From: Opitutia bacterium | Lineage (GTDB): Bacteria; Verrucomicrobiota; Verrucomicrobiia; Opitutales; Opitutaceae | Length of the DNA: 64,000 bases | Assembly: GCA_016187945.1 (NCBI GenBank) | Contig: JACPIT010000004.1 | Span: 306,854 to 370,853 of the forward strand | Reading direction: 5' to 3' | Part shown: positions 28,301 through 37,639 of the stretch, one piece after another | How the letters are laid out: the number at the start of each line of letters is the position of its first letter | How positions within the stretch are numbered: position 1 is the stretch's first letter | Notes under the pieces: generated by a model | Seen by the model: only the letters and a program-made list of their open reading frames with translations | Databases searched by the model: none | Told to the model about the DNA's origin: nothing | Translations under genes and position numbers: made by a program

Positions 28301-29319
28301 GCCAGAGCGCGCTCTTCAAGCCCTTCAGCCAGGTCGACTCGTCCACGACCCGCAAATACGGCGGCACCGGCCTCGGCCTCGCGATCTGCGACCGCCTCGT
28401 CCAACTCATGGGCGGCACGATCGATGTCACCAGCCAGCTCGGCCACGGCTCGCGTTTCCGTTTCAACATCCAGACCGAAGCTGCCGAGGAGCCGAGCGGC
28501 GGTCGCGTGCTGAACTTCGGCGGCGTCACCGTGCTCGCGGTCGACGATCACGCGGTGAACCGCCACGCGCTCCAGATTTGCCTCGCGCAATGGGGCTGCG
28601 CACCACTCTGCGCCGAAAACGCCGCGCACGCGCTCGAACTCACCGCGCAAAAACCGCCCGCCATCGCCATCGTCGATCACGATCTCGCCGGCCAATCGGG
28701 CGAGCAACTCATCGAGCAGCTCCACGCGAAGCACCCGCGGCTGCCCATCGTGTTGCTCACCGCCGCCTCCGACGGAGTGCGCCACGGCCAGAGCACCGCA
28801 CCGTTCGTGATGCGCCTGCCGAAGCCGATCAAACCGAGTTTCCTCGGCGAATGCGTCGCGCGCCTCATGAAAGGCGGCGCGCTATCGTCACCCGTCGCCC
28901 CCGCCGTCGCGCCCCCCACCGAGCTCGCGCGCGAAATCCCGCTCGATCTCCTCCTCGTCGAGGACAACCCGGTGAACCAAAAAGTCGCGCTGCACCTGCT
29001 CACCCGCCTCGGCTACCAAGCCGACGCCGTCGGCAACGGTCTCGAAGCGATCCGCGCCGTCGAGCAACGCGACTACAACCTCATTTTCATGGACGTGCAG
29101 ATGCCGGAAATGGACGGCCTTGCCGCCACGCGCGAGATCCGCATGCGCCTGCCGAAACCGCGCCAGCCCAAGATCGTCGCCCTCACCGCCAACGCCATCC
29201 AAGGCGACCGCGAGCGCTGCCTCGCCGCCGGCATGGACGACTACCTCTCGAAACCCGTGAAGCTCGACGAGCTCCACGGCATGATCCGCAAATATTTCGG
29301 CGGCGGCCGCAACGCGTAG
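25390..29319 (+). CDS. Hybrid sensor histidine kinase/response regulator (membrane sensor, PAS repeats, HisKA, HATPase, two REC domains)
   Basis: H box SHEIRTPMNGVIGM, N box LVNNAVKFT, then DTGIGI and GGTGLGLAI. REC1 has VLAVDDH...IVDHDL and REC2 has LLLVEDNPVNQ...IFMDVQMPEMDG...KP. The ORF-track start 25387 is TTG; an ATG follows at 25390. Confidence 0.9.
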   Translation: MSKGTSTTLLRNLHLLPFMAVAVLGGLVLAGWWTEHASWVQPRAYDVPLPANAAFCFLALGVTPLLFALLPGRRYSSVPAVIAMLLALLALLSAELHWWPSIENLLVRHDRLIEGAGIGRVPTLLAGLLVASGALLAWLGSERPDPRRPLLLALVGSLACAYGFTAVLSSRIGLTRLDFWVNHAHVGPQAAVALQLLGVALVLLAARDARETADESGPRWLWLPVVTVSTTITVLFWISLREREIAYLNNTTQLTLNTIASAFKAETEVQINNLRRMAERWTDSGGTPLASWEKDARAHAQDFPAYKSISWVDANFRTRWFWPREGNEDAASFDHRRDPLRLQALTSARETLAFALAAPIVSPVKPPSLAVYATVLSSGSFDGFIVGEMTLSKLFDSIDDRLNISSRYEFTARFLNPQAADPKARDVAVFHSNEREAQSNERLHQSAVFNLLGQRVTLELVPRPEFIAPNRQFLPEVALVSGLGVSLLLGLVVNLAQSARNRQRAAESTSEQLRSENEERRRIEARLKVTDERLNLALEATHIGVIEWNLNDGRAIYSAGFWTSLGYDAAFMPAMQETLLKLIHPDDLKGYHAALDAHLAGKTELFECEFRVKHQHGEWEWLALRAKCVGTDRIGRPLRMAGTCQNITVRKRQQEALRASQAATRKLSLVASRTDNAVVITRPDGRVEWVNESFSRLAEHTLEDIGGRPFVELLSSPEDDLTAVERVTRAFSRREAMTTDVIHHARSGRRYHVHLELQPVFNDEGAVENFIVIETDITSRVEVEQQLRRAKAEADSASRAKSEFLASMSHEIRTPMNGVIGMTSLLLETQLTPEQRDYVQTVRTSGDALLSIINEILDFSKIESGKMELERHPFELAQCVEETIDIFALQASAKNIELAYSIDADVPAWVVGDITRLRQVLVNLVNNAVKFTPSGFITIEVKLAAKLDPATGACLLDFIVADTGIGIPADRQSALFKPFSQVDSSTTRKYGGTGLGLAICDRLVQLMGGTIDVTSQLGHGSRFRFNIQTEAAEEPSGGRVLNFGGVTVLAVDDHAVNRHALQICLAQWGCAPLCAENAAHALELTAQKPPAIAIVDHDLAGQSGEQLIEQLHAKHPRLPIVLLTAASDGVRHGQSTAPFVMRLPKPIKPSFLGECVARLMKGGALSSPVAPAVAPPTELAREIPLDLLLVEDNPVNQKVALHLLTRLGYQADAVGNGLEAIRAVEQRDYNLIFMDVQMPEMDGLAATREIRMRLPKPRQPKIVALTANAIQGDRERCLAAGMDDYLSKPVKLDELHGMIRKYFGGGRNA

Positions 29320-29502
29320 CCCGCGGCGGCGAGGGTAGGTTCAACTGTGCGGTAGCCGCATTGGAGCGCAGCGAAAACCTAGCCCCACTCGGACCGCGCT
29401 TGGTCGAATCTGCATCGCCCGAAATGCCTCCAGCGCAAACGCGGCCGCGGTGGTGAAAGTCCAGAGCTGCTCCGGACTTCGTCGTCAGGAGCGAGGAGCT
29501 TT

Positions 29503-30834
29503 TCAAATCCACCGCATCAGCTCTCGCATTTCCCCTGCGTGCGCCGGTTCGTCTGCGAGATTGCGCAACTCCAATGGATCGCGCTCCAGATCGAAAAACA
29601 GCCACGGCACCTCGCGTCCGTCCGCCTCGCAGCGCACCACCACCTTGTGCCGCGCGCTCCGGAAACCGCGCCACGCGTGCGGACATTGCAGCGGAATCTC
29701 CGTCGCGCTCGGCATCGAGATCGGCGCGCTGTCGCGCTTGCACACCCACTCGCGCCCGGCCGCCCAGTTCACCGCCATGTGCGACAGATCGACCAGACTC
29801 ACCGGCGCGTCGTCCCTCCGTCCTTGGTTCTCCGCCCGCAGTCCTCGGATCAACAGCGGCACGCGCACGCTTTCCTCGTGGGGCCATGCCTTCCGAAACA
29901 TTCCATGGCTGCCGTGCATGTCGCCGTGCACTGATGTGAACACCACGATCGTCTCGCTCAGATCGATTTCCGCCAGCAGGCGGCCGACCGCGCGATCCGT
30001 CGCTTCGATGTGCGCGTAGTAACCCGCGAGCTCCTCGCGCGCCTTTTTCTCCACGTCGCCGCCGAGCGGCACGTTCGCGCGCAATTTGATCTCCGCCGGA
30101 CGCGCCTCTTGCACGTGCGGGACCGGCGCGTGATACGGCGGATGCGGCGCCTCGAGGCTCACGACACAAAACACCGGCGCGCCGTGCGGCTCGCGCAACC
30201 AATCCGCCGCGCGCTGCACCAGCACGTCGGCCTGATAACCCTTGAAGCGCCGCGGCTCCGCGAGGCGCGTGCCGTGCAGCCACGGATCGTTCAACAGGAA
30301 GCCGCCTTCAAAACCCTCCCACAGCGCGAAGCCGCCGCGCCGCTCCGCCGGCACGATCTGCCGCGCGTGCGTCTCGCCCACGAACGGCGCGCTCCGGTCG
30401 CGCGGCGCGAGGTGCCATTTGCCGAACCACGCCGTCGCATACCCGCGATCGCCGAGCGCGTGCGCGACCGTTCGCCCGAGCTGTAGCGGCGGTCTGCGAC
30501 CGCCGGCGCCCGCGGCACCGCTGCCATTCTTCACCTCCTGATAAACCGGCAACGCATCCCAGTAAGAACTCACTCCGTTCTCCGGACACAATTGCCCCGT
30601 CAACAACGCCGCGCGCGCTTGCGGCCCGAGAGGATGCGGCGTGACGGCCTGAGCGAAATTCACCGCCTCGCTCGCCAGCGCATCGACCCAGGGCGTGCGC
30701 GCATTCGCGTCGCCCGCATAGCCGCACGCCTGGGCCCGCCACTGCGTGGTCACGATCCAGAGAATGTTCGGCTGCTTCGGCACGCCGGAGAACTTGGCCA
30801 GAAAAAGTGCAAAAGGCTCACAAAAACGAAGCAC
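29503..30834 (-). CDS. Sulfatase-family protein with a degenerate active site
   Basis: Sulfatase layout: PNILWIV..., WFGKWHL, SVHGDMHGSHG. However the CxPSR formylglycine motif reads GPQAR and the N-terminal DD/DQ metal ligands read TTQ. GTG start. Confidence 0.7.
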   Translation of the reverse strand: MLRFCEPFALFLAKFSGVPKQPNILWIVTTQWRAQACGYAGDANARTPWVDALASEAVNFAQAVTPHPLGPQARAALLTGQLCPENGVSSYWDALPVYQEVKNGSGAAGAGGRRPPLQLGRTVAHALGDRGYATAWFGKWHLAPRDRSAPFVGETHARQIVPAERRGGFALWEGFEGGFLLNDPWLHGTRLAEPRRFKGYQADVLVQRAADWLREPHGAPVFCVVSLEAPHPPYHAPVPHVQEARPAEIKLRANVPLGGDVEKKAREELAGYYAHIEATDRAVGRLLAEIDLSETIVVFTSVHGDMHGSHGMFRKAWPHEESVRVPLLIRGLRAENQGRRDDAPVSLVDLSHMAVNWAAGREWVCKRDSAPISMPSATEIPLQCPHAWRGFRSARHKVVVRCEADGREVPWLFFDLERDPLELRNLADEPAHAGEMRELMRWI

Positions 30835-30903
30835 CAGTCCGCAAAATCGCCGTTGAGCGCGAGCGCCTCAAGCGCTTCAGTGATCCGCACGCTCCCATCT
30901 TCA

Positions 30904-31320
30904 ATGGAGGAACATTTGGAACTCCCGCCGCGCCCACGAGCACTTCGAAATCTGGGCTGGACCCTCGTCGGACTCGGAGGGCTATCTCTGCTGAATCTTG
31001 TCTACGACCTGCTCGTGGGAAACCAGATCATGATCGATCTGGGAATCATCCTTCTCCCGTGCGCAGGATTTGGATTGCTCGAAGGGCGCGATGGGTGGCG
31101 GATATTCTGCCTCGTTTGCGCGTGGATCGTGTTTCTATTTATCGCGCTTTTGATGGCCGCACTCTTCTTTCAGCCATTGCCTGACTGGGTCTCGTGGACG
31201 CTCGTCTCGCTCTTCGCGATCGCGGCAACCGGTGTGGCCGCGTGGACCAGCCATGTTGCGCGTCGACCTGATGTTCGAACCTACTGCACGGCTCGAGCAC
31301 GGCTGCGTCGCAATCAGTGA
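30904..31320 (+). CDS. Hypothetical polytopic membrane protein (lower-GC patch)
   Basis: ATG checked at 30904. Four hydrophobic segments. I recognise no family. Confidence 0.45.
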   Translation: MEEHLELPPRPRALRNLGWTLVGLGGLSLLNLVYDLLVGNQIMIDLGIILLPCAGFGLLEGRDGWRIFCLVCAWIVFLFIALLMAALFFQPLPDWVSWTLVSLFAIAATGVAAWTSHVARRPDVRTYCTARARLRRNQ

Positions 31321-31397
31321 TTTCTGAGCAGTGTTCGGTGGATCTTTTGCAGCGCTTTTTGTGGCCATCCTGGAGATTCTCACTCAACTCTCCGCCC

Positions 31398-31883
31398 ATG
31401 CGCCTCCGCGTCATCACCGCCGGTGGAACCATCGACAAAGTCTACTTCGACGCCGCCAGCACCTACGAGGTCGGCGAGCCCCAGATCGGCCCGCTCCTGC
31501 GCGACTCGAACGTCACTTTCGACTTCGTCGTCGAGTCGGTCCTCCAAAAGGACAGCCTCGCGATGACCGATCCCGACCGCGCGCTCATCCGCGCCCGCGT
31601 CGAGGCCGCGCCGGAAAAACTCATCCTCATCACGCACGGCACCGACACCATGACGGCCACCGCCGCCGCGCTCCAGGGCATCGCCGACAAGACGGTCGTC
31701 TTCACCGGCGCGATGCAGCCCGCGCGCTTCCGCGACAGCGACGCCGTCTTCAACGTCGGCTGCGCCGTCGGCGCACTCCAGGTGCTGCCGCCCGGCGTCT
31801 ACATCGCGATGAACGGCGTCGTCTCGCCGGCCGACAGCGTGAAGAAAAATCGCGCCGCCAGCCGCTTCGAGCCGAAGAGTTGA
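31398..31883 (+). CDS. Short asparaginase-family protein (N-terminal domain only, 161 aa)
   Basis: VITAGGTIDK and ITHGTDTM motifs. It ends where two-domain asparaginases continue. Confidence 0.6.
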   Translation: MRLRVITAGGTIDKVYFDAASTYEVGEPQIGPLLRDSNVTFDFVVESVLQKDSLAMTDPDRALIRARVEAAPEKLILITHGTDTMTATAAALQGIADKTVVFTGAMQPARFRDSDAVFNVGCAVGALQVLPPGVYIAMNGVVSPADSVKKNRAASRFEPKS

Positions 31884-32007
31884 GCCCTGCCGCGCACCGC
31901 CTGCGCGCATCGCGCCATCGTTCGCGTCTGGGCCGAATCGCCCACGCAGCGCGGCGTTTTTCTTTTTGCGACCGGCCGACACCGTGGTTCTATTGCCGCT
32001 TTCCCCA

Positions 32008-32961
32008 ATGAAAATCCGCTCGCTGCTCGCCGCGCTCGTGCTCGGCGTCTTCTCCCTCGTCCAACTCGCCGCGCAGGACGCCGCTCCCGCCGCCTCCGCG
32101 CAAAGCGACCTCCGCGACCTCGTCTCGCGCATCAGCGCCAAACTCCAAACCGGCCAGCGCACCGCCGAAGCGCTCGCCCCCGAAATCGCGGCATTCGACA
32201 AGCTCCTCGAAAAATATCCCGCGAAAAACGAGGAAAGCGCGAGCATCCTTATGATGAAAGCCTCGCTCTTCGCCCAAGTGCTCGGCGACGAGGAAGCCGC
32301 GAAGAAAATCTTCGCCACCGTCAAGGCCGACTATCCGGGCACGCAAGCCGCCGACGCCGCCGGCCGCGCGCTCTTCGCCCTCTCCGACGAGGGCAAAAAG
32401 CAGGCCGCCGCCGAGGAGGCCGCCGCTGACGCCAAGGTCGCCGCACTCGTCGGCAAGCCCGCGCCCGAGATCAATTTCAACTGGTCGACCAAGTCCGGCC
32501 TCAAGCACCTCTCCGACCTCAAAGGCCAGATCGTCGTCCTCGATTTCTGGGCGACGTGGTGCGGCCCGTGCGTGCGCTCGTTCCCCAAAGTCCGCGCGGA
32601 AGTCGCGCATTTCAAAGACTCGCCCGTGAAATTCCTCGGCATCACCAGCCTCCAGGGCCGCGTGCACGGCATCGAGCCGAAGCCGATCGATACGAAGGGC
32701 AATCCGCAGAAGGAATACGACCTCATGCCCGAGTTCATGAAGAAAAAGGAAATGACGTGGGACGTCGCCTTCAGTGAACAAAACGTCTTCAACGACGACT
32801 ACGCGATCCGCGGCATTCCGTTCGTCGCGATCGTCGACCCGAACGGCGTCGTCCGCCACGCCGGCCTCAATCCGCTCGAACCCGAAGCCGACATCGAAGG
32901 CAAAGTCACGGCGTTGCTGGCGGAGTTCAAGTTGCCGGTGCCCGCTGCGAAAGCCGAGTAA
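32008..32961 (+). CDS. Periplasmic TlpA/ResA-like thiol:disulfide oxidoreductase with a helical N-terminal domain
   Basis: Signal peptide MKIRSLLAALVLGVFSLVQLAAQ, then VVLDFWATWCGPC. ATG checked at 32008. Confidence 0.8.
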   Translation: MKIRSLLAALVLGVFSLVQLAAQDAAPAASAQSDLRDLVSRISAKLQTGQRTAEALAPEIAAFDKLLEKYPAKNEESASILMMKASLFAQVLGDEEAAKKIFATVKADYPGTQAADAAGRALFALSDEGKKQAAAEEAAADAKVAALVGKPAPEINFNWSTKSGLKHLSDLKGQIVVLDFWATWCGPCVRSFPKVRAEVAHFKDSPVKFLGITSLQGRVHGIEPKPIDTKGNPQKEYDLMPEFMKKKEMTWDVAFSEQNVFNDDYAIRGIPFVAIVDPNGVVRHAGLNPLEPEADIEGKVTALLAEFKLPVPAAKAE

Positions 32962-33291
32962 CACGCCCGCGCCGCGTCGAGTCACCTCGCGCGCCGCGCA
33001 TCTCCGTTTCCCGCCCACCGCCCCGACGGTCCGTCGGGGCGTTTTGTTTTCCCCCGTCGCCGGCGAGCACCCCGCCCATCCCACGCCGGACACGCAGTCC
33101 CCGACGCGAGGCAGGGCGGCGAGTCCCTTCGCCGCCGCTGCGACAGGTAGGGCGAGTCGTCCCGACGAGCCCTCCGCCCCGGCCCGGAGCGGAGTCCGCC
33201 CCCGACCCCCGCAAAACCGGCCAGATCGCTCTCCGGTTACGGTCCCTCCGGAAATCGCGCTCAAGCCCGCCGCGAAACGACCGATTGCAGA

Positions 33292-33825
33292 ATGGTTCCC
33301 TCTTCCCCCTCGCCTCGCATGGCCGCCGCGCAGCAAATCACCGACGCTCTGATCCAAGAATCCATCGCGAACGCCATGCAGGCTGTCTGTCGCACGCTCC
33401 TGCGCCAGGATGCGCCGCTCGTCGATCGCGTGCCCACCGCCGAATACGAGGCGGACCCGCTGAAATTTCAGCTCATCGGCAACGTCGGCTTCGCCGGCGA
33501 CGCGAACGGCATGGTCTATCTGTGCATGAGCGACGATTTCGCGACCTACGCCGTCGGCACGATCCTCGGCATGAGCGATTCCGAAGTGAAATTCCACGGA
33601 CTCGAAGTCGTCAAAGATGCCATCGGCGAAGTCACCAACATGACCGTCGGTGGTTTCAAAAACGCGCTCTGCGACGTCGGTTTTCCCTGCAAGCTCACGC
33701 TGCCGACGATCGTCACCGGCCACAATCTCACCGTCGCCACGCTGCGCGGCACCGCGCGCCACATCTTCCGCTTCACGTGCGCCACGCACGTCGTCGTCGC
33801 CGACATCCAGTTCAAGACGGATTGA
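33292..33825 (+). CDS. cheX: CheX-like chemotaxis phosphatase
   Basis: GEVTNMTVGGFKNAL and a CheX-like size. An alternative ATG lies at 33319. Confidence 0.6.
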   Translation: MVPSSPSPRMAAAQQITDALIQESIANAMQAVCRTLLRQDAPLVDRVPTAEYEADPLKFQLIGNVGFAGDANGMVYLCMSDDFATYAVGTILGMSDSEVKFHGLEVVKDAIGEVTNMTVGGFKNALCDVGFPCKLTLPTIVTGHNLTVATLRGTARHIFRFTCATHVVVADIQFKTD

Positions 33826-33826
33826 A

Positions 33827-33849
33827 GTAGGACCGGCTTCAGCCGGCCC
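33827..33849 (+). terminator. GTAGGRCCGGCTTCAGCCGGYCC hairpin module directly after the cheX stop
   Basis: gtaggaccggcttcagccggccc has an 8-bp GC stem and starts 2 nt after the TGA. Terminator function is inferred only from its position. Confidence 0.4.
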
Positions 33850-34117
33850 AAGGACAACCGCGCGCTCCCCGCGCCCCCGCCAAGCCGCGCCCCCACGAAC
33901 CGGTCTCGGTCCACCATCGCCGTCCGACGAACCGCCCCCGCCGGCGAGTAGCCGGAGCGCTCGTCGCGTTCCCTCGCCCACAAACCGCCCTCACCCTGCT
34001 CGGCCCGTCGTCCTCCAGTAGGACAGATACCGACAGGCAAATCCCCGACCCGCCTACGGGATTTCCAGACGGGCGCGGATAAACGCCGACCGCGCGGCCT
34101 GCTACCGTCCGCGCCGC

Positions 34118-37100
34118 ATGAAGAAACTCGCGCCGCTCGTCGCTCTCGCCGTGGTGCTCCTCCTCTCCGCCTGCGGAGGCGGCGGCAGCTCCAAATCATC
34201 GAACAACTCCGGCGGCACCACCACGCCCACTCCGGCGCCCACCCCAACTCCGACTCCTACACCGACGCCAACGCCGACTCCGGATCCGACGCCCGCGCCA
34301 ACACCGACGCCGACTCCCGACACCTCCGGCGCGCCCGCCATCAGCATCGTCGACTACACCAAGCTCCTCGTCCCCGACGTCGACGCGCACACGTTGCACA
34401 TCCTTTCGCCGAGCACGCTCGAACTCGTCCGCATCACGCAAAAACCCGCCGGCGCCGCACCGAGCGCGTGGGATTACGTGAACGGCAACCTCCCTGACGC
34501 CTCGAAATTCTCCGTCACCGTCAACGGCTCCGCAGTCAACGTCACCGCCGTCGGCTTCAAGCGCCGCGCGCTCTCCGCTCCCTACGCCGCGCGCGACCTG
34601 CGCCTCACGAACAGCCTCGTCCTCACGCTCGCGAGCGAAGTCCCCGAAGGCGCCAGCGTCGCCGTGAAAAACAGCGACGGCTCCGTCTTCGGCAGCTCGT
34701 TCGATTTCTCCGGCCCCGCGCACCCGCTGCGCTACAGCCCCGCCATCCACGTGAACCAGGAAGGCTACGTCCCCTCGTGGCCGAAGAAAGCCGCCGTCGG
34801 TTACTACCTCGGCACCGCGGGTGAACTAGCCGTCTCGAACCTCACCTTCAAAATCGTCAACGCCGCCACCGGCGCGTCGGTCTACAGCGGCTCGCTCACC
34901 GCGCGCGCCGACACGGGCTGGCCGACCACGCCCGCGCCCTACCAAAAAGTCTACGAAGCCGACTTCTCCGCCTTCACCACGCCCGGCGAATACAAGCTTG
35001 TCGTCCCCGGCCTCGGCGCGTCGCTCGCGTTCATGATCGACGAAGGCATGGCGATGAACTTCGCGCGCACCTACGCCACCGGCCTCTACGCGCAGCGCTG
35101 CGGCTCGAGCAACGAACTGCCGTTCACGCGCCACGTCCACGCCGCCTGCCACACCGCCGCCGCATCCGTGCCGCTCCCGGCCAGCGCATTCGCCTTCACG
35201 TGGAACACGATCGCGAACTACGCGAACACGATCAATTCGAACAACCCCACGCAAACCGCCGCGCGTCTCACGAGCGACAGCGCGCAGCTTTTCCCCTTCA
35301 ACCGCACCGGCACCGTCGACGTCTCCGGCGGCCACCACGACGCCGGCGATTATTCGAAATACACCACCAACAGCGCGCTGCTCACGCACCTCCTCGCGTT
35401 CGCCGGCGAGTCGTTCGCGGGCGTCTCGGCACTCGACAACCTCGGCCTGCCCGAAAGCGGCGACGGCATCAGCGACGTGCTTCAAGAGGCGAAAATCGAA
35501 GCCGACTACCTCCTGAAAATCCAGGACACCGACGGCGGTTTCTACTTCCTCGTTTACCCGCGCGAGAACGAATACGAGAGCAACGTCCTCCCTGACGCCG
35601 GCTCCGCGCAAGTCGTCTGGCCGAAGACCACATCCGTCACCGCCGCCGCCGTCGGCGCGCTCGCCGAACTCGGTTCCTCGCCGAAATTCAAAGCCGCCTA
35701 TCCGCAGCAAGCCGCCGCCTACCTCGCCGCCGCGCGCAAAGGCTGGGACTTCCTCACCGCCGCCATCGCGAAATACGGCAAAGCCGGCAGCTACCAAAAG
35801 ATCACGCACTACGGCGACGACTTCACGCACGACGACGAACTCGCCTGGGCCGCCACCGCGATGTTTGTCGCGACCGGCGACTCCGCGATCCACCAGACGC
35901 TGCTCTCGTGGTTCAACCCCGCCGATCCCGCCACGCGCCGCTGGGGCTGGTGGCGCTGCTACGCCGGCTACGGCGCCGCGATCCGCCTCTACGCCTTCGC
36001 CGCGCGTTCCGGCCGCCTGAGCGCGAGCCAGCTCAACGCCACGCACCTCGCCCGCTGCGAAGCCGAGCTCCGCGGCGCCGCCGACGACGCCGTCACGTGG
36101 TCCGGCCAGAGCGCCTACGGCACGAGCTTCCCCTACGAATCGAAACGCTTCATGAGCGCCGGCTGGTATTTCTCCAGCGCGCAGACCTACGACATCGCCG
36201 TCGGCTACCAGCTCGAAGCGAAGTCGAGCTACCTCGACGCGACGCTCCGCAACTTCAACCACGAGATCGGCACCAACGCCCTCAACGTCACCTACGTCAC
36301 CGGCCTCGGTTGGAAACGTCAGCGCGAGATCGTCCACCAATACGCGTGGAACGACGACCGCGTGCTCCCGCCGAACGGCATCCCCCTCGGCTCGCTCCAG
36401 ACCGGCAACGTCTACACCGGCACCTACGGCACCGAGCTCGCCGCCGTCTCGTTCCCGAAAGACGACGCGTCCGTGCCCACGCCATTCTACGATCGCTGGA
36501 CCGACACCAACAACGCCACCACCGAGTTCGTGAACACCGATCAAGCCCGCGCGCTCGGTGGCGCCGCGTTCCTCGCCGCGCTCACCGGCACGCGCACGCA
36601 ATCCTGGAAATCCGCCACCGCAAACATCGACGGCGTCCCCGCCACCGTCTCCGCCGGCGTGCCATTCACCGTGAGCGTCTCCGCGCCCGGCCTCGATCTC
36701 TCCGACGCGCGCATCATCTGGGAAGCCAGCGGCCAGCAACCGTCGGTCGCGACCACCTACACCTTCACTCCGCAAGGCCAAGGCGCGCAGTGGATCGAAG
36801 TCGAAGCGCAACTCCCCGACGGCCGCCGCGCCATCGGCCGCAAAAATCTCTTCTCCGAAAACGGCCTCGCCAACGTCTCCGTCACCGCGACCGACGCGAC
36901 CGCAAAACTCGGCAGCACGACCGACACCGCGACGTTCACCTTCACGCGCACCGGCGACACCAGCCAGTCGCTCGCGATCGACTTCGCCTTCACCGGCACC
37001 GCCGCGAAGTGGACCGACTACTGGCGCCCCGACGTCGGCGACATGCCCGAGACGCTCACCTTCCCCGCCGGCGCGAACACCGTCGCCCTGACCTTCGCCG

Positions 37101-37213
37101 CCCGCGCCAACTCCACCAGCGCCAACCCGCAAACCGTCATCGTCACGCTCCGCACCGGCCCCGGCTACAACATCACCTCCCCCAACACCGCCACCGTCAC
37201 GATCAACCAATGA
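34118..37213 (+). CDS. Glycoside hydrolase family 9 lipoprotein: PT linker, Ig-like N-domain, GH9 catalytic domain, C-terminal beta-sandwich/Calx-beta-like domains
   Basis: Lipobox LLLSAC, a (TP)n linker, the GH9 signature GGHHDAGDYSKY, and DDELAWAA. The C-terminus reads TATFTFTRTGDTSQSL...TVALTFAARAN. Confidence 0.8.
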   Translation: MKKLAPLVALAVVLLLSACGGGGSSKSSNNSGGTTTPTPAPTPTPTPTPTPTPTPDPTPAPTPTPTPDTSGAPAISIVDYTKLLVPDVDAHTLHILSPSTLELVRITQKPAGAAPSAWDYVNGNLPDASKFSVTVNGSAVNVTAVGFKRRALSAPYAARDLRLTNSLVLTLASEVPEGASVAVKNSDGSVFGSSFDFSGPAHPLRYSPAIHVNQEGYVPSWPKKAAVGYYLGTAGELAVSNLTFKIVNAATGASVYSGSLTARADTGWPTTPAPYQKVYEADFSAFTTPGEYKLVVPGLGASLAFMIDEGMAMNFARTYATGLYAQRCGSSNELPFTRHVHAACHTAAASVPLPASAFAFTWNTIANYANTINSNNPTQTAARLTSDSAQLFPFNRTGTVDVSGGHHDAGDYSKYTTNSALLTHLLAFAGESFAGVSALDNLGLPESGDGISDVLQEAKIEADYLLKIQDTDGGFYFLVYPRENEYESNVLPDAGSAQVVWPKTTSVTAAAVGALAELGSSPKFKAAYPQQAAAYLAAARKGWDFLTAAIAKYGKAGSYQKITHYGDDFTHDDELAWAATAMFVATGDSAIHQTLLSWFNPADPATRRWGWWRCYAGYGAAIRLYAFAARSGRLSASQLNATHLARCEAELRGAADDAVTWSGQSAYGTSFPYESKRFMSAGWYFSSAQTYDIAVGYQLEAKSSYLDATLRNFNHEIGTNALNVTYVTGLGWKRQREIVHQYAWNDDRVLPPNGIPLGSLQTGNVYTGTYGTELAAVSFPKDDASVPTPFYDRWTDTNNATTEFVNTDQARALGGAAFLAALTGTRTQSWKSATANIDGVPATVSAGVPFTVSVSAPGLDLSDARIIWEASGQQPSVATTYTFTPQGQGAQWIEVEAQLPDGRRAIGRKNLFSENGLANVSVTATDATAKLGSTTDTATFTFTRTGDTSQSLAIDFAFTGTAAKWTDYWRPDVGDMPETLTFPAGANTVALTFAARANSTSANPQTVIVTLRTGPGYNITSPNTATVTINQ

Positions 37214-37306
37214 CCCAAAGGTAGGGCGAGTCGTCCCGACGAGCCGCCGCCCGCTCGCGGCTCATCGAGACGACGCGCCCTCCCCCTCACCCGCAGCCGC
37301 ACTCCC

Positions 37307-37429
37307 ATGAATCTTCTACTCCTCTTCTTCCTCCTCCTTCCCGCGCTGCAACGCGCCCTCGCGCCGCGCCTCCAACCGATCCGCGTCGACTCGCGCGAGC
37401 GCCACTGCCGCCCCGAACTCAGCCGCTGA
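37307..37429 (+). CDS. Candidate 40-aa hydrophobic-N-terminus mini-ORF
   Basis: Hand translation: MNLLLLFFLLLPALQRALAPRLQPIRVDSRERHCRPELSR. It sits in a locally GC-poorer patch. No homology support. Confidence 0.2.
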   Translation: MNLLLLFFLLLPALQRALAPRLQPIRVDSRERHCRPELSR

Positions 37430-37433
37430 GATC

Positions 37434-37505
37434 ATGGCTTTGCTCTGCGCCTTCATCGTTCTCACTTTCTTCTGCGTCGTGAACGCCGACGTCAGCGCGA
37501 ACTGA
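37434..37505 (+). CDS. Candidate 23-aa hydrophobic mini-ORF
   Basis: Hand translation: MALLCAFIVLTFFCVVNADVSAN. It starts 4 nt after the previous mini-ORF stop. Confidence 0.2.
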   Translation: MALLCAFIVLTFFCVVNADVSAN

Positions 37506-37639
37506 AATGTCTCTCAACTCTCACCCCTCAACTCTGAACTAGCTTTGTCCAAGTCGCGGGCGCTAGCGAGCAGCGCTGCCCCGCGCCATGGTCATAGGTC
37601 GATCGTGCGTCCTGGCAGCCGCCGACACCGATCTTCCTT

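Noticed and set aside
25339-28785. 1148-aa ORF on the minus strand, and the 1324-aa ORF at 25482..29456
   Set aside because: These are the antisense and out-of-phase frames of the hybrid histidine kinase. Both have Arg/Gly/Asp/Glu-rich nonsense composition. The frame starting at 25390 has every kinase and receiver motif.
31398-31883. Suspicion that the short asparaginase-like protein is catalytically dead because TGGTI reads AGGTI
   Set aside because: As I recall E. coli numbering, the nucleophile is the second Thr of the motif, which is retained, as is HGTDT. The substitution alone does not support inactivity.
31990-33981. 663-aa minus-strand ORF
   Set aside because: It is antisense to the TlpA-like and CheX-like genes and the repeat-rich spacer between them.
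34217-34321. Highly repetitive ac(g/c)cc(g/a/t) DNA, considered as a possible microsatellite or CRISPR-like array
   Set aside because: It is in frame within the GH9 lipoprotein and encodes a (Thr-Pro)n interdomain linker (TTPTPAPTPTPTPTPTPTPTPDPTPAPTPTPTPD). It is a coding linker, not an independent repeat locus.
34826-37210. 794-aa minus-strand ORF
   Set aside because: It is antisense to the GH9 gene and is a Gly/Arg/Val/Asp/Glu low-complexity product. The GH9 motifs are on the plus strand.
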